Counted from the first letter of the stretch, positions 1 to 11,753 are shown. The stretch is 33,760 nt of DNA from Candidatus Sysuimicrobiota bacterium (GCA_040289515.1 PSLI01000024.1:1-33760); one strand, 5' to 3'. Notes: generated from the letters alone by a model not told the origin. Translations and numbers: made by a program.

Positions 1-827
1 TGGCGGGCGATGCCGCCGTAGGTGTCGACGATGATCTTGCGTCCCGTCAGGCCGGCGTCGGCCATGGGGCCGCCGAGCACGAAGCGACCCGAGGGGTTGA
101 TCAAGTACCGGGTGCGCTCGTCTACCAGCTCGGCCGGCACCACCGCGCCGATCACCAGCTCCCGCACCGCCTCCGTCAGCTCCTTGGCCGAGACCTCTGG
201 CGCGTGCTGGGTGGAGATCACCACCGTATCCACCCGCTTCGGCCGGCCGTAGGCGTACTCCACCGTGACCTGGCTCTTACCATCCGGCCGTAGCCAGGGC
301 AGGATGCCCTGCTTGCGCACCTCCGCCAGCCGCCGGCATAGCCGGTGCGCCAGATGAATCGGCAGCGGCATGTAGGTGCCTGTCTCCGTGCAGGCGAAAC
401 CGATCATCATCCCTTGGTCGCCCGCGCCCTGCAGATCAAACGGGTCGACCTCGCCGGCACGCTCGCGCGCCTCCAGCGCCCGCGTCACGCCACCGGCGAT
501 GTCCGGGCTCTGCTCCTTAAGCGCCACCGACACGCCGCACGTCGCCCCGTCGAAGCCGAAGGCGGCGTCGGTGTATCCCACCTCCAGCACTGTCTGGCGC
601 ACGATGCGTGGCACGTCGAACACGGCGCGGCTGGTGATCTCCCCCAATACCACAACCAGGCCGGTGGTGACGGCTGTCTCACACGCTACTCGGCCCTCCG
701 GGTCCTGGGCCAGGATGGCGTCCAGCACCGCGTCCGAGATCTGGTCGCAGAGCTTGTCCGGGTGCCCCTCCGTCACCGATTCAGATGTGAGCATGAGGGA
801 GGGCGAGGTCATAAAGGTTGTGCTCAT
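1..827 (-). CDS. metK: S-adenosylmethionine synthetase (3' end runs off the window)
   Basis: Manual translation from ATG at 827 (GAGG upstream): [25 protein letters not shown]..., later GAGDQG and [14 protein letters not shown] motifs; absent from the ORF track. Confidence 0.97.
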   Translation of the reverse strand, partial: MSTTFMTSPSLMLTSESVTEGHPDKLCDQISDAVLDAILAQDPEGRVACETAVTTGLVVVLGEITSRAVFDVPRIVRQTVLEVGYTDAAFGFDGATCGVSVALKEQSPDIAGGVTRALEARERAGEVDPFDLQGAGDQGMMIGFACTETGTYMPLPIHLAHRLCRRLAEVRKQGILPWLRPDGKSQVTVEYAYGRPKRVDTVVISTQHAPEVSAKELTEAVRELVIGAVVPAELVDERTRYLINPSGRFVLGGPMADAGLTGRKIIVDTYGGIAR

Positions 828-887
828 TGCGACTAACCTCATGGTCATGAATGCCGACGGTTCGGCGTGGTGCGAGCAGTGCCGGGC

Positions 888-2144
888 TCAGGTGCCGCTT
901 TCCCAGGCGGCCAGATACGCCTCCTGCTCCGGCGTGAGCCGGTCGATCTGCACGCCGAGGCTGTGCAGCTTCAGCCGCGCCACCTCCTGGTCCAGCTCCT
1001 CCGGCACCGGATACACCCCCGGCGCCAGCGTGCCGCGCACCTTCACCAGGTACTCGACCGAGAGCGCCTGGTTGGCAAACGACATGTCCATCACGCTCGC
1101 CGGATGCCCCTCCCCTACCGCCAGGTTCACCAGCCGCCCCTCCGCCAGCAGGTACAGCCTCCGGCCGTCGGGAAGAGTGAACTCCTCCACGTGCTCCCGC
1201 ACCCGCCGGCACCCCACGCTCACCTGCCGCAGGGCTGCCAGATCGATCTCCACGTCGAAGTGGCCGGCGTTGGCCAGCACCGCGCCGTCCCGCATCACCT
1301 CAAAGTGCTCCCGCCGGATCACATGGCGGTTGCCCGTGACGGTAACGAACACGTCCCCACGCCGGGCCGCCTCCGCCATGGGGACCACGGGAAAGCCGTC
1401 CATGACCGCCTCCAGGGCCGCCAGGGGATCCACCTCCGTGACCAGCACGTGGGCACCCATGCCGCGGGCGCGGGCAGCCACCCCGCGACCGCAGCTACCG
1501 TAGCCGCACACCACCACGATCCGGCCCGCCAGCAGCAGGTTGGTGGCCCGCAGGATGCCGTCCACGGTGGATTGTCCGGTGCCGTAGCGGTTGTCGAACC
1601 AGTGTTTGGTCTTCGCATCGTTCACCGCCACGATGGGGTACCGCAGGGCGCCCGCCCGGGCCATCGCCCGCAGCCGGATCACACCCGTGGTGGTCTCCTC
1701 CGTGCCGCCCCGCACCCCCGGCAGTACGTCCGTGCGCTGCCGGTGCAGGGTGGTGACCAGGTCCGCCCCGTCGTCCAGCGTGAGGTGTGGGCGGGTGTCC
1801 AGCACCTGTTGAATGTGGCGGTAGTAAGTGTCGCGGTCCTCTCCGCGCACCGCGAAGGTGGGGATGCCGTACTCCACCACCAGGGCGGCGGCCACGTCGT
1901 CCTGGGTCGAGAGGGGGTTGCTGGCGCACAGGGTCACCTGCGCACCCCCCGCGGCCAGGGTGCGGACCAGGTTCGCGGTCTCCGTGGTCACGTGCAGGCA
2001 CGCAGCCACCCGCAGGCCCTCCAGGAGGCGCTCGCGTGTAAACCGCTCCCGGATGCGGCGCAGGACGGGCATCTGCCCGTCCGCCCACTCCACCCGCAGC
2101 ACACCGGTAGCTGCCAGCGCGGTATCCTTCACCTCTGCCCGCAC
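888..2144 (-). CDS. ahcY: adenosylhomocysteinase (SAH hydrolase)
   Basis: [48 protein letters not shown] fold, [17 protein letters not shown]. Confidence 0.97.
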   Translation of the reverse strand: MRAEVKDTALAATGVLRVEWADGQMPVLRRIRERFTRERLLEGLRVAACLHVTTETANLVRTLAAGGAQVTLCASNPLSTQDDVAAALVVEYGIPTFAVRGEDRDTYYRHIQQVLDTRPHLTLDDGADLVTTLHRQRTDVLPGVRGGTEETTTGVIRLRAMARAGALRYPIVAVNDAKTKHWFDNRYGTGQSTVDGILRATNLLLAGRIVVVCGYGSCGRGVAARARGMGAHVLVTEVDPLAALEAVMDGFPVVPMAEAARRGDVFVTVTGNRHVIRREHFEVMRDGAVLANAGHFDVEIDLAALRQVSVGCRRVREHVEEFTLPDGRRLYLLAEGRLVNLAVGEGHPASVMDMSFANQALSVEYLVKVRGTLAPGVYPVPEELDQEVARLKLHSLGVQIDRLTPEQEAYLAAWESGT

Positions 2145-2176
2145 GGGTGCCTCCCGGAACCGGGGGTTGCCCAGGT

Positions 2177-3301
2177 TTACTCGATGAAGTCCTTCAGCCG
2201 CTTGCTGCGGGAGGGGTGCCGCAGCTTGCGCAGGGCCTTGGCCTCGATCTGCCGGATGCGCTCCCGGGTGACCCCGAACTCCCGCCCCACCTCCTCCAGG
2301 GTGCGCGGGCGACCGTCCTCCAGGCCGAACCGGAGCTTCAGCACGTTGCGCTCCCGGGCGGTGAGGGTCTCCAGCACTCCCTCCAGCTGCTCCTTCAGCA
2401 TCGTGTAGCTGGCCGCCTCCGCGGGGGCCAGGGCCTCCGCGTCCTCGATGAAGTCCCCCAGGTGGCTGTCCTCCTCCTCCCCGATGGGCGTCTCGAGGGA
2501 GATGGGCTCCTGGGCGATCTTCATGATCTCCCGCACCCGCTCCACGGGCAGCTTCATCTCCTCCGCGATCTCTTCCGGGGTAGGCTCCCGGCCCTTCTGC
2601 TGCAGCAGCTGGCGGGACACCCGCACCAGCTTGTTAATGGTCTCCACCATGTGCACGGGGATGCGAATGGTCCGTGCCTGGTCTGCCAGGGCCCGCGTGA
2701 TGGCCTGCCGGATCCACCAGGTGGCGTAGGTGCTGAACTTGAAGCCCTTCCGCCAGTCGAACTTCTCCACCGCCCGGATCAGGCCCAGGTTGCCCTCCTG
2801 GATCAGGTCCAAAAACAGCATGCCGCGGCCCACGTACTTCTTTGCGATGGCCACCACCAGGCGCAGGTTGGCTTCGATGAGCTTGCGCTTGGCCTCCTCA
2901 TCCCCGCGCTCCATCCGCTTGGCCAGCTCCACCTCCTCCTGGGCCGTGAGCAGAGGGACCCGGCCGATCTCCTTCAGGTACATGCGGACCGGGTCATCGA
3001 TAGAGATGCCCTCCAGGGGCTCCAGCTCCGCGGACTTGTCCTGCTCCTCTTCTTCTTCCTCGCTGTCCTTGACCGCGATGTCCATCTCCTGGAGGAGATT
3101 GAACACGCGCTCGCTCTCCTCCGTGTTCTGCTCCACCGCGGGAATGGCCTTCACGATCTCCTCGTACAGCAGGAACCCCTTCCGGCGGCCCAGCTCGATG
3201 AGCTCCCGCAGTTCCGGCGAGAGGTCCTCACTGAGCGGCCGCACGTCCACCACGGGCTTCTTGCGCGGCGGAACCGCGCGCTGTGCTCTCTCCCGAGCCA
3301 T
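2177..3301 (-). CDS. rpoD: primary RNA polymerase sigma factor RpoD/SigA
   Basis: [55 protein letters not shown]; region 1.1 present; follows dnaG. Confidence 0.98.
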   Translation of the reverse strand: MARERAQRAVPPRKKPVVDVRPLSEDLSPELRELIELGRRKGFLLYEEIVKAIPAVEQNTEESERVFNLLQEMDIAVKDSEEEEEEQDKSAELEPLEGISIDDPVRMYLKEIGRVPLLTAQEEVELAKRMERGDEEAKRKLIEANLRLVVAIAKKYVGRGMLFLDLIQEGNLGLIRAVEKFDWRKGFKFSTYATWWIRQAITRALADQARTIRIPVHMVETINKLVRVSRQLLQQKGREPTPEEIAEEMKLPVERVREIMKIAQEPISLETPIGEEEDSHLGDFIEDAEALAPAEAASYTMLKEQLEGVLETLTARERNVLKLRFGLEDGRPRTLEEVGREFGVTRERIRQIEAKALRKLRHPSRSKRLKDFIE

Positions 3302-3377
3302 GGGACCGACGCTCCTCCGGGCTTCCGATGGGCGCCCGCTTCCGGTTACAACGACCCCCCGGGCCGACTTCCTCCCA

Positions 3378-5090
3378 CTACTCGGCCAGCAGCCTCAGCT
3401 CCTCCTGCATGGCCCGAACCCGGTCCAGCTCACCCGCCTGCTCCGCGCGGGCGATCTCCGTCACCAGCTCCGCCCGCCGGCGGCGGCGCTGCTCCGCGCG
3501 GATCCGGGCCACCCACCCGCCCTCGTCCGGCCGGGGAGGGCGGGGCCCGAACCACAACCGGTGCACCAGCTCCCGGGCGGCCTCCGAGCTGGCCTCCCGA
3601 ATCGCATGAAGGTCTCCCGTCCGTCGCAGGGCCTCAAATAGCTCCCGGTGGACCGGGTCCAGGAAGTCCTCCGCCGCCAGCATCCCGCTCAGCCGCATCC
3701 GCGCCTGCTCGTCGTCCAGCATCCGCTGCAGCAGGTACTGCTCGGCCACGTGCTGCGCGCTGCGCTCGGCCGCGGCCCGCACCGGATCCGGCTCCCGTCC
3801 CGGGCGGAGCTTCTGCCGCGGGAAGGCACGGAGTCGAGCCCGCACCGCATCCTCCGGGATCCCCAGACGCTGGCTCAGCTGGGCGATGTGCTCGGACCGA
3901 GCGACGTCGTGGCGGATGCTGGCGACCAACGGAAGTACTTCGTCCACCACCCTGACCTTTCCTTCCGGGGTTCGGGGGTGCCGGCGTAGGCTGGCTTCCA
4001 GGGCGAACTCGACCAGGGGCAGTGCCTGGTCCAGCCGCCGGCGGAACTCCTCCCGGCCGTGCGCCCGCAAAAAGGCGTCCGGGTCCAACCCCTCTGGCAG
4101 GACGGCCGTGCGGGCTTCCAGGCCAGATGCCTCCAGCACGGGGAGAGCACGCTCCACCGCCCGACGGCCGGCTTCGTCCGAGTCGAACACCAGGACCACC
4201 AGCTGGCAGTGGCGGCGCAGCAGGGCCGCCTGTTCCGGGGTGAGGGCGGTACCGAGGGTCGCCACCGCTTCTGTGATCCCGTACCGGTGGCACGTAAGGA
4301 GGTCCATGTAGCCCTCCACGATCACCGCCCGTCCCGACCGGTGAAGCGCCTCCCGGGCCAGGTGCAGCCCGTACAGCGTCCTGCCTTTGGAAAACAGGGG
4401 GCTGTCGCGGGAGTTCAGGTACTTGGGGTGGTCCAGGTCCCGAAGGGCGCGGCCGCCGAAGGCCACGGGCCGTCCCTGCAGGTCGAAGATGGGGAGCATC
4501 AGGCGGTGGCGGAAGGTGTCGTACCAGCCGCCGTCCTGCCTGGGGTGCACGAGGCCCAGCTTCTCCAGCAGCTGTGGCTCGTAACCCTGCCCACTAAGAT
4601 ACCGAAAGAGGAAGTCCCACCCGTCGGGGGCGTAACCCAGGCGGAATTCCCTGACCGTGGCTGGATCCACCCCCCGACGCTCCAGGTACTCGCGGGCCAG
4701 CCGGCCTGTCTCCGGGTGCGCCAGGGAGCGCTCGAAGAAGGTCGCAGCACCGTCAAGGGCCCGCAGCCACCGCTCCCACTCCTCCCGGCGGTGCTCCGGG
4801 GCCTCCTCCAGGGGAACTCCTGCCCGGCGTGCCAGCTCCCGCAAGGCCTCCGGGAACGAAACCCCTTGCACCCGCATGACGAACTCGAACACGTCTCCCC
4901 CGGCCCCGCAGCCGAAGCAGTAGAACAGGCCCCGTTCCCGGTCCACGCTGAAGCTAGGGGTCTTCTCGGTGTGGAACGGGCAGAGGCCCACGTAGCGACG
5001 GCCCTGCTTGCGCAGGGTGACGTAGGCGGAAACCAGATCCACGATGTCGGTGCGTGCCCGCACCAGCTCCCGGACTGCCTGGCTTACCAT
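3378..5090 (-). CDS. dnaG: DNA primase
   Basis: [11 protein letters not shown]...CFGC zinc finger, KYLNS, VEGYMD and FDSD TOPRIM motifs. Confidence 0.98.
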   Translation of the reverse strand: MVSQAVRELVRARTDIVDLVSAYVTLRKQGRRYVGLCPFHTEKTPSFSVDRERGLFYCFGCGAGGDVFEFVMRVQGVSFPEALRELARRAGVPLEEAPEHRREEWERWLRALDGAATFFERSLAHPETGRLAREYLERRGVDPATVREFRLGYAPDGWDFLFRYLSGQGYEPQLLEKLGLVHPRQDGGWYDTFRHRLMLPIFDLQGRPVAFGGRALRDLDHPKYLNSRDSPLFSKGRTLYGLHLAREALHRSGRAVIVEGYMDLLTCHRYGITEAVATLGTALTPEQAALLRRHCQLVVLVFDSDEAGRRAVERALPVLEASGLEARTAVLPEGLDPDAFLRAHGREEFRRRLDQALPLVEFALEASLRRHPRTPEGKVRVVDEVLPLVASIRHDVARSEHIAQLSQRLGIPEDAVRARLRAFPRQKLRPGREPDPVRAAAERSAQHVAEQYLLQRMLDDEQARMRLSGMLAAEDFLDPVHRELFEALRRTGDLHAIREASSEAARELVHRLWFGPRPPRPDEGGWVARIRAEQRRRRRAELVTEIARAEQAGELDRVRAMQEELRLLAE

Positions 5091-5143
5091 GGCGAATCCA
5101 TGTTCGCATCAAACGCGGCCACCGACAAGCCGCCGAAGGCAGC

Positions 5144-7108
5144 TCAGCGGAACAGGGGCGCGAACACCAGGGCTACCACCGTCATCAGCTTGATGAGGAT
5201 GTTGAGGGAGGGGCCTGCGGTGTCCTTGTACGGATCGCCCACCGTGTCGCCGATCACCGCCGCCTTGTGGGCATCGGAGCCCTTGCCCCCGTAGTGACCC
5301 TCCTCGATGAACTTCTTTGCGTTGTCCCATGCGCCCCCGCTGTTGGCCAAGTACAGGGCCAAGGGTACGCCGGTGACGATGGCCCCGCCCAGCAGCCCTC
5401 CCAGCGCCTCCTTGCCCAGCACGAACCCCACCACCAGGGGGATGGCCACTGCGGCCACGCCCGGAGCGATCATTTCCCGCAGGGCCCCCGCGGTGGCGAT
5501 GTCCACGCAGCGCGCGTACTCCGGCCGCGCCCGGCCCTCCAGCAGGCCGGGAATCTCCCGGAATTGGCGACGCACCTCGCTCACCATGAGCTCCGCGGTG
5601 CGCCCCACCGCCCGCATGGCCAGCGCGGCGAACAAGAAGGGCACGATCCCGCCGATGAACAACCCCGCGGTCACCTCGGGGTCCATGATGTTGATGGCCT
5701 CCAGCCCCACCGCCTGCCGGTAAAAGAAGAACAGCGCCAGGGCCGTCAAGGCCGCGGACCCGATAGCAAACCCCTTGGCGATGGCCGCAGTGGTGTTGCC
5801 CGCCGCGTCCAGCTGATCCGCGATCCCCCGCACCTCCTGCCCCAAGCCGGCCATCTCCGCGATGCCCGCGGAGTTGTCCGCGATGGGTCCGTAGGCGTCC
5901 ACCGACACCGTCATGCCCGTGATGGACAGCATACCGATGGCCGCCAGCGCGATGCCGAAGAACTCCGCCAGCCGGAAGGCGGTAATGGTGGACAGGGCGA
6001 TCACCACCAGGGGCACCACCGTGCTGAGCATCCCCAGGGCGGTGCCCGCGATGATGACCGTGGCGGGCCCGGTCCGGGCTGAGGACGCCAGCCGCTGCAC
6101 CTCCTTCCCGGAGGTGTAGTACTCCGCCACCAGCCCGATGACGATCCCGCTGGCCAGCCCCACCGCGGTAGCCCAGAAGGCCCGAAGGTCGCCGAACACC
6201 GCCCGCGTCACCACGTACGTCCCCACCAGCATGAAAGCCGCAGAGGCGAAGGTACCCGCCCGCAGGGCCGCCTGCGGGTTTCGGCCGCCGCCCGCCCGCA
6301 CGAAGAAAGTGCCGAGGATGGCGGAGACGACCCCCACCGCGGCCAGGGCTAGAGCCAACCCCGCCCCCCGCTCCCCGTGCTGCGCCAGTCCGATGGCCAG
6401 CCCCGCAATCACGGAGCCCACGTACGACTCGAAGAGGTCCGCTCCCATGCCCGCCACGTCCCCCACGTTGTCACCCACGGCATCCGCGATGACGGCGGGG
6501 TTGCGGGGGTCGTCCTCCGGGATGCCCGCCTCCACCTTCCCAACTAGGTCCGCGCCCACGTCCGCACCCTTGGTGTAGATCCCGCCGCCCACGCGGGCGA
6601 ACAAAGCCACGGAGGAGGCGCCCAGGGAAAAGCCGATGACCTGGTTGGGGTCCCGCAGCCACAGGAAAAGCAGTCCCACCCCCAGGATCCCCAGGCCCAC
6701 CACGGTCATCCCCATAACCGCGCCGCCCGGGAAGGCCACCCGCATGGCCTCCGCCAGCCCCTCCCGCGCGCCCTGGGCGGTGCGGGCGTTGGCCCGGGTG
6801 GCGATCTGCATCCCGAAAAACCCCGCCAGGATGGAGCACGCGGCCCCCAGGACAAAGGAGACGGCGGTCTGAGGGGTGATCTGCGGGACCAAGCGCGGAG
6901 CGGCCAGGATCACGAACAGCACGGCCACGAACACCGCGATGGCCCGGTACTCCCGCCGCAGGAAAGCCATGGCGCCCTCGTGGATGGCCTCCATGAGGTC
7001 CCGCATCTGCGGGGTCCCCGCGTCCCGGCGGGTGACGGAAGCCGCCAGGTACCCCGCGTAGGCGAGGCTCACCACTCCCGCCAGGGGGGCCCAGCACATC
7101 ACGTCCAA
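5144..7108 (-). CDS. hppA: membrane-bound ion-translocating pyrophosphatase, probably K+-dependent Na+-pumping type
   Basis: [56 protein letters not shown]; start moved to TTG at 7108 behind GGAGGTG. Confidence 0.95.
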   Translation of the reverse strand: MDVMCWAPLAGVVSLAYAGYLAASVTRRDAGTPQMRDLMEAIHEGAMAFLRREYRAIAVFVAVLFVILAAPRLVPQITPQTAVSFVLGAACSILAGFFGMQIATRANARTAQGAREGLAEAMRVAFPGGAVMGMTVVGLGILGVGLLFLWLRDPNQVIGFSLGASSVALFARVGGGIYTKGADVGADLVGKVEAGIPEDDPRNPAVIADAVGDNVGDVAGMGADLFESYVGSVIAGLAIGLAQHGERGAGLALALAAVGVVSAILGTFFVRAGGGRNPQAALRAGTFASAAFMLVGTYVVTRAVFGDLRAFWATAVGLASGIVIGLVAEYYTSGKEVQRLASSARTGPATVIIAGTALGMLSTVVPLVVIALSTITAFRLAEFFGIALAAIGMLSITGMTVSVDAYGPIADNSAGIAEMAGLGQEVRGIADQLDAAGNTTAAIAKGFAIGSAALTALALFFFYRQAVGLEAINIMDPEVTAGLFIGGIVPFLFAALAMRAVGRTAELMVSEVRRQFREIPGLLEGRARPEYARCVDIATAGALREMIAPGVAAVAIPLVVGFVLGKEALGGLLGGAIVTGVPLALYLANSGGAWDNAKKFIEEGHYGGKGSDAHKAAVIGDTVGDPYKDTAGPSLNILIKLMTVVALVFAPLFR

Positions 7109-7145
7109 CGCGCTCACCTCCCTCACGCGCCAAAAGCGCGCCCTG

Positions 7146-8207
7146 TTAGAGTTCCCAGCTCTTGGGGACAAACAGCTGCTCTGCCTTCCGGACCGCGTAC
7201 CGGTCCGTCATCCCCGCCAGGAAGTCGCACACCACCCGGTGGGGTGGCTCCCCGCGATCCAGCAGCTCCCTGTACTCCTCCGTCACCTCGTCGGGCTGCT
7301 CGAGGTAGTACTCGAACAGCATGCGGAGCAGGCGCTTGGCCCGCGGCTCCTCGCCCTTGGCCTGCGGGTTTAGATACACCCGCTCGAACAGGAAATCCTT
7401 CAGGCGGTTGAGGGCGGACCGCACCGGCTCGCTCATGCGGATGCAGGGCTGATCCTCGCTGTGCACCACCACGTCCCGGACCAGGGTGTCCAGCCACCGG
7501 CCCCGGGTGGGCCCCAGCACGTCCCGCACCTCCGTGGGGATCTCCGCCTCCCGCAGCAGCCCCGCCCGCACCGCGTCGTCCATGTCATGGTGCACGTATG
7601 CGATGCGGTCCGCCAGGCGTGCCACCTGACCCTCTAACGTTTGCGGCAGGCCCGCCTCTTCGTCCGCAAGGTCCGCCTTTCCCTTGCTGTGGGCGCCGAT
7701 GCCGTCCCGCACTTCCCAAGTGAGATTCAGTCCCCACTCCACCGTGCCGTCGGACCGCCGCCGCCGCTCCAGCAGCTGAACCACCCGCAGGCTCTGCTCG
7801 TGATGCCGGAACCCGCCCCACGGGGCCATGGCCTGGTCCAGGGCCTGCTCCCCCGCGTGACCGAAGGGAGGATGGCCCAGGTCGTGGGCCAGGACGATGG
7901 CCTCCGTGAGGTCCTCGTTCAGTCGCAGCGCACGGGCGATGGTGCGGGCGATCTGGGCCACCTCCACCGTGTGGGTGAGCCGGGTGCGGTAGTGGTCTCC
8001 TTCCGGGGACAGGAACACCTGTGTTTTGTGCTTGAGCCGGCGGAAGGCCTTGCTGTGCACAACCCGGTCCCGGTCCCGCTGGAAGCAAGTGCGCAGGTCG
8101 TCCTCCGGTTCGGGGCGTTCGCGGCCGCGGGAGTTCCGCGCCAGGGTGGCCCACCGGGACAGCCTGCGGGTCTCTTCCTCCTCGATGCGCTCCCGGATCC
8201 GGCTCAA
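7146..8207 (-). CDS. dgt: dGTP triphosphohydrolase (HD domain, short form)
   Basis: FQRDRDR, AFRRLKHKTQVF, RTRLTH, HDLGHPPFGHAGE, DFLAGMTD; C-terminal part of track ORF 7146..9371, start set at TTG 8207 just after the glyS stop. Confidence 0.93.
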   Translation of the reverse strand: MSRIRERIEEEETRRLSRWATLARNSRGRERPEPEDDLRTCFQRDRDRVVHSKAFRRLKHKTQVFLSPEGDHYRTRLTHTVEVAQIARTIARALRLNEDLTEAIVLAHDLGHPPFGHAGEQALDQAMAPWGGFRHHEQSLRVVQLLERRRRSDGTVEWGLNLTWEVRDGIGAHSKGKADLADEEAGLPQTLEGQVARLADRIAYVHHDMDDAVRAGLLREAEIPTEVRDVLGPTRGRWLDTLVRDVVVHSEDQPCIRMSEPVRSALNRLKDFLFERVYLNPQAKGEEPRAKRLLRMLFEYYLEQPDEVTEEYRELLDRGEPPHRVVCDFLAGMTDRYAVRKAEQLFVPKSWEL

Positions 8208-8214
8208 AAGTACC

Positions 8215-10284
8215 TCAGGACTCCCCGCCCACCACCAGGTGCTCCACCCGGGCCACCCGCCAGAACAGGTCCACCACCCGCCCCAGCAGGGCGTGGCGCC
8301 GGGCCCGCACTTCCGGGTCCGGGTCGTTGACCAACACCTCGTCGAACAACCGCGCCACGGACGGCCGCAGGCGCGCCAGGGCCAGCAAGGCGTCAAGATA
8401 CCTCCTGCGCCCCACATGCTCCCACACTTGGGCTTCCACCTCCCCCCGCTCCGCCTCCAGCGCCACCTCCGCCGGGTGCTGCAGGGGTGAGAGCGCCGTG
8501 CGGGTCCGCTTGTCCCAGATCCGGTAGGCACGATCGAAGGCTTCGTAGGCGGCCGCGAACTCCGGCCGGGCGCGGAACTCCGACAGCGCCTCCGCACGAT
8601 CGACCCCGTCCAGGAAGTCCGGCACTCCCGCGTACACCCCCAGGACGGCCTCCACCACGTCGTGAGGGAAGCCCCGTTCCACCAGCCACGCCCTGACCCG
8701 GTCTGTGAAAAACTCCCCCAGGTGATGGACGGCTTGGGAGAAGTCCAGGCGCGGGAGGTACCCCTCCACGGCAGCTCGCAGCAGGCTTGGCAGGTGCACA
8801 GAAACTCGCTTGCGGCGGTCGTACAGGACGTCCAGCAGGGCCGAGGCGGCGCGCCGCAGCCCGTAGGGGTCCGCGGAGCCCGTGGGCAGGATTCCCAGAC
8901 CCACGAACCCCGCGAGGGTGTCCGCCCGGTCCACCACCGACAGCAGCGCGCCCAGGTCGGTTTCGGGCATCCGGTCGCCGGAGGTGCGAGGGCGGTAGTG
9001 CTCCTCGATGGCCCGGCACACTTCTTCCGGCTCGCCGTCCAGGCGCGCGTAGATGGCGCCCACGACCCCCTGCAGCTCCGGGAACTCGCCCACCAGGTGC
9101 GTTGCCAGGTCCGCCTTGCACAGCTGCGCGGCGCGCACCAGCATTTCCGCGTCCGGTACGTGCCCTGCCAGCCACCCGCAAAGCCGCTCCAACCGCGCCA
9201 CCTTTTCCTGCAGGGAGCCCAGCTTTTCGTGGAAGGTGACCGACCCCAGGTGCTTCGCCCACTCCGCCAGAGGCCGCTTGCGGTCCTCCCGGTAGAAAAA
9301 GCGCGCATCCACCAGCCTGGCCCGCAGGACCCACTCGTTGCCTTCCCGCACCACCTGCAGGCCCTCCGCATCCCCGTTGCGCACGCCCACGAAGGCGTTC
9401 AGGAGGTGCCCCCGGCGGTCTCGGACGGGGAAGTACCGCTGGTGGTGCCGCATCACGGTTACCAGCACCGGCTCCGGCAGCTCCAGAAACCCCGGGTCGA
9501 ACCGGCCCAGGAAGGCCGTCGGCCACTCCACCAGGTCGGTGACCTCGTCCACCAGCTGGTCTACCAGCTCCGCCTCGCCCCCCGCCTCTCGCGCGCACGC
9601 CTGTACCTGCCGGATTACCTCTTCCCGCCGACGCCGACGGTCCGCCAGCACGTACGCCCGGCGGGCTATCTCCTCGTACGCCTCCGCGTGCGGGACCTCC
9701 TGCGGGCCGGGGTTCAGTTGGCGGTGCCCGTAGGTACACCGTCCGGAGCGCACGCCGGCCAGCTGGAAAGGGATCACCTGTCCATCCAGCAAGGCCACGA
9801 TCCACCGAATGGGTCGCCCGAAACGCAGCTCGTGTTCGCCCCACCGCATGGTCTTCGGAAACGACAGGGACGTCACCACCCGGGCTAACAGCTCCCGCAG
9901 CACCTCCGCCGTGGGTCGACCGGGCACCACCCGGCGGGCGAACACGTACTCCCCCGCGGGGGTGTTCCGGCGTTGGAGGCATTCCACGGGGACCTGCTGG
10001 CTGCGGGCGAACCGGATCGCCGCGGCGGTGGGGCGGCCGTCTGGGTCGTAGGCGGCGTGAACGGCAGGGCCCCGCACCTCCCGCTCCGCGTCCGGCTGCC
10101 GCTCCGGTACGTCCAGGGCCAACGCTGCGAGGCGCCGAGGGGTGGCCCAGGTTCGCACCAAGCGCGCGGCCAGCTGCTCCCGCTCCAGTTCTGCCCGCAG
10201 CACCGCCTCCAGCTGCTGGCGGGCGGGCTCCACGAACCGCGCGGGCAGCTCCTCCGTCCCCACCTCCAGCAGCACGCTAGGCAC
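8215..10284 (-). CDS. glyS: glycine--tRNA ligase beta subunit
   Basis: [47 protein letters not shown]. Confidence 0.97.
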   Translation of the reverse strand: MPSVLLEVGTEELPARFVEPARQQLEAVLRAELEREQLAARLVRTWATPRRLAALALDVPERQPDAEREVRGPAVHAAYDPDGRPTAAAIRFARSQQVPVECLQRRNTPAGEYVFARRVVPGRPTAEVLRELLARVVTSLSFPKTMRWGEHELRFGRPIRWIVALLDGQVIPFQLAGVRSGRCTYGHRQLNPGPQEVPHAEAYEEIARRAYVLADRRRRREEVIRQVQACAREAGGEAELVDQLVDEVTDLVEWPTAFLGRFDPGFLELPEPVLVTVMRHHQRYFPVRDRRGHLLNAFVGVRNGDAEGLQVVREGNEWVLRARLVDARFFYREDRKRPLAEWAKHLGSVTFHEKLGSLQEKVARLERLCGWLAGHVPDAEMLVRAAQLCKADLATHLVGEFPELQGVVGAIYARLDGEPEEVCRAIEEHYRPRTSGDRMPETDLGALLSVVDRADTLAGFVGLGILPTGSADPYGLRRAASALLDVLYDRRKRVSVHLPSLLRAAVEGYLPRLDFSQAVHHLGEFFTDRVRAWLVERGFPHDVVEAVLGVYAGVPDFLDGVDRAEALSEFRARPEFAAAYEAFDRAYRIWDKRTRTALSPLQHPAEVALEAERGEVEAQVWEHVGRRRYLDALLALARLRPSVARLFDEVLVNDPDPEVRARRHALLGRVVDLFWRVARVEHLVVGGES

Positions 10285-11158
10285 GGGCCACCTCCCGCAG
10301 GAGGGGAAAGCCCAGCTGCTCCCGTTGCCGCACGTACGCCTCCGCCACCTGCCGGGCCAGCCGGCGGCACCGCCCGATCAGGGAGGCGCGCTCGCTTACG
10401 CTCAGGGTCCCCCGCGCGTCCAGCAGGTTGAACAGGTGCGAGCACTTCAGCACGTAGTCGTGGGCGGGCAACACCAGGTCCGCCTGCAGCGCCGCCACGG
10501 CTTCCTGCTCGCAGGCCTCAAACAGACTGCGCAGCCGCTCCACGTCCGCTACCTCGAATCCGTACCGGCTCCACTCCACCTCCTCCCGGTGCCGCAGTTC
10601 CCCGTACGTCACCCCAGGTGCCCACTCCAGCTCGAACACGCTGCCCTTGCGCTGCAGGTACATGCACAGCCGTTCCAGACCGTAGGTGATCTCCGCACAC
10701 ACGGGCCGGCAGTCCAGCCCCCCACACTGCTGGAAGTACGTAAACTGCGTGATCTCCATACCGTCCAGCCACACTTCCCAGCCCACGCCCCAGGCCCCGA
10801 GGCTGGCGTCCTCCCAGTCGTCCTCCACGAACCGCACGTCGTGGCGCCGCAGGTCCACGCCCAGGTGCTCCAGGCTGTCCAGGTACACCTCCTGCACGTC
10901 CTCCGGAGACGGCTTCAGGAGGACCTGGTACTGGTAGTACGCGCCCAGGCGGTTGGGGTTATCCCCGTACCGCGCATCCTGGGGCCTGCGGGAGAACTGC
11001 ACGTACGCCACCCGCCAGGGCTCCGGCCCCAGGGCCCGCAGGAAGGTAGCCGGGTGCTTGGTGCCCGCGCCCACCTCCACGTCATAGGGCTGCTGCAGCA
11101 CGCACCCGTAGCGCGACCAGAACTGGTCCAGCGCCAGGATAAGCTCCTGAAACCGCAC
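10277..11158 (-). CDS. glyQ: glycine--tRNA ligase alpha subunit
   Basis: [47 protein letters not shown] start at 11158 behind GGAGG. Confidence 0.97.
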   Translation of the reverse strand: MRFQELILALDQFWSRYGCVLQQPYDVEVGAGTKHPATFLRALGPEPWRVAYVQFSRRPQDARYGDNPNRLGAYYQYQVLLKPSPEDVQEVYLDSLEHLGVDLRRHDVRFVEDDWEDASLGAWGVGWEVWLDGMEITQFTYFQQCGGLDCRPVCAEITYGLERLCMYLQRKGSVFELEWAPGVTYGELRHREEVEWSRYGFEVADVERLRSLFEACEQEAVAALQADLVLPAHDYVLKCSHLFNLLDARGTLSVSERASLIGRCRRLARQVAEAYVRQREQLGFPLLREVARA

Positions 11159-11171
11159 GACCCCCCTCCAC

Positions 11172-11207
11172 AACAGAACAGACCCTCCGCGCAGGGACGG
11201 AGGGTCT
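11172..11207 (-). terminator. T-box terminator hairpin
   Basis: Transcript AGACCCTCCGT-ccctgc-GCGGAGGGTCT followed by GTTCTGTT; 5' arm overlaps the antiterminator 3' strand. Confidence 0.8.
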
Positions 11208-11412
11208 CCGCGGTTCCACCCGGGGTCCAGACCGCCGGCCACCCGGCGGCTGGCCCTTTGGCCCCGTCACGGGAGGCTTCCGGGAGGCTCTACGCCCTGG
11301 GCTTGAAGCCTCCAGCTCGGGTGCGCCACACGGCGGCGGCCTGCCGGCCCGCTCCCACCCACGTCGGGCTCGCTGCTCGGAGGAGCCCGCCGTGCCTCAC
11401 CGTCACGGCCTT
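11172..11412 (-). promoter_or_regulatory. glycine T-box riboswitch leader of glyQS
   Basis: Transcript has GGG-TGGAACC-GCGG...CCGT-CCC antiterminator, AGCGAG and GGTGGGAG stem I motifs, and candidate specifier GGC (Gly) at 11325-11327; bulge UGGA suits tRNA-Gly UCCA-3'. Confidence 0.9.
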
Positions 11413-11423
11413 CTCGAAGGAGA

Positions 11424-11452
11424 ACTCTACACCAGCCGGTGCGGACGCGCAA
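11424..11452 (-). promoter_or_regulatory. putative sigma70 promoter for the T-box/glyQS transcript
   Basis: TTGCGC-17 nt-TAGAGT immediately upstream of the T-box. Confidence 0.6.
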
Positions 11453-11458
11453 ACCGCG

Positions 11459-11701
11459 TCAGCCGATGCCCAGGGGCTCCTCCCCCCGGGTCCTGCCCCA
11501 GGGCCAACTGGCCAGCACGGTGGCCACCGCGAACGCCACTAGGCCCGCCGCCGCCCACACCACCGGCAGCTCGATGGTCTTCTCCTCCGTGCGGATCCGG
11601 AGCATCCCGCTGCGGTCGGGCCGCACCACACCCCGGCACTGGCTGAGGGCGTCCGCCACCACCGCGAAGGCCCGCTTTGCCTGTTCCAGATCCACTTCCA
11701 T
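11459..11701 (-). CDS. small hypothetical membrane protein (80 aa)
   Basis: ATG behind AGGAGGT; MEVDLEQAKRAF... with one hydrophobic segment LPVVWAAAGLVAFAVATVLASW; fills the recO to T-box gap. Confidence 0.7.
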   Translation of the reverse strand: MEVDLEQAKRAFAVVADALSQCRGVVRPDRSGMLRIRTEEKTIELPVVWAAAGLVAFAVATVLASWPWGRTRGEEPLGIG

Positions 11702-11753
11702 GGAAGCACCTCCTGCCGGCAGTTTCGACGCGCCTGTGCCGGATTCCTGGACC

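Noticed and set aside
828..887. SAM/SAH riboswitch before metK
   Set aside because: Only 60 nt and no recognisable consensus
3302..3377. ECF-type promoter (GGAA...CGTT) before rpoD
   Set aside because: Spacing is 14 nt, too short for the usual consensus
5126..5143. Hairpin AGCTGCC-ttc-GGCGGCT after hppA as a terminator
   Set aside because: Short stem with only TTGT after it; insufficient support
7146..9371. Apparent 741-aa extended or fused Dgt
   Set aside because: N-terminal part is an alternative frame of glyS; Dgt homology begins near 8207
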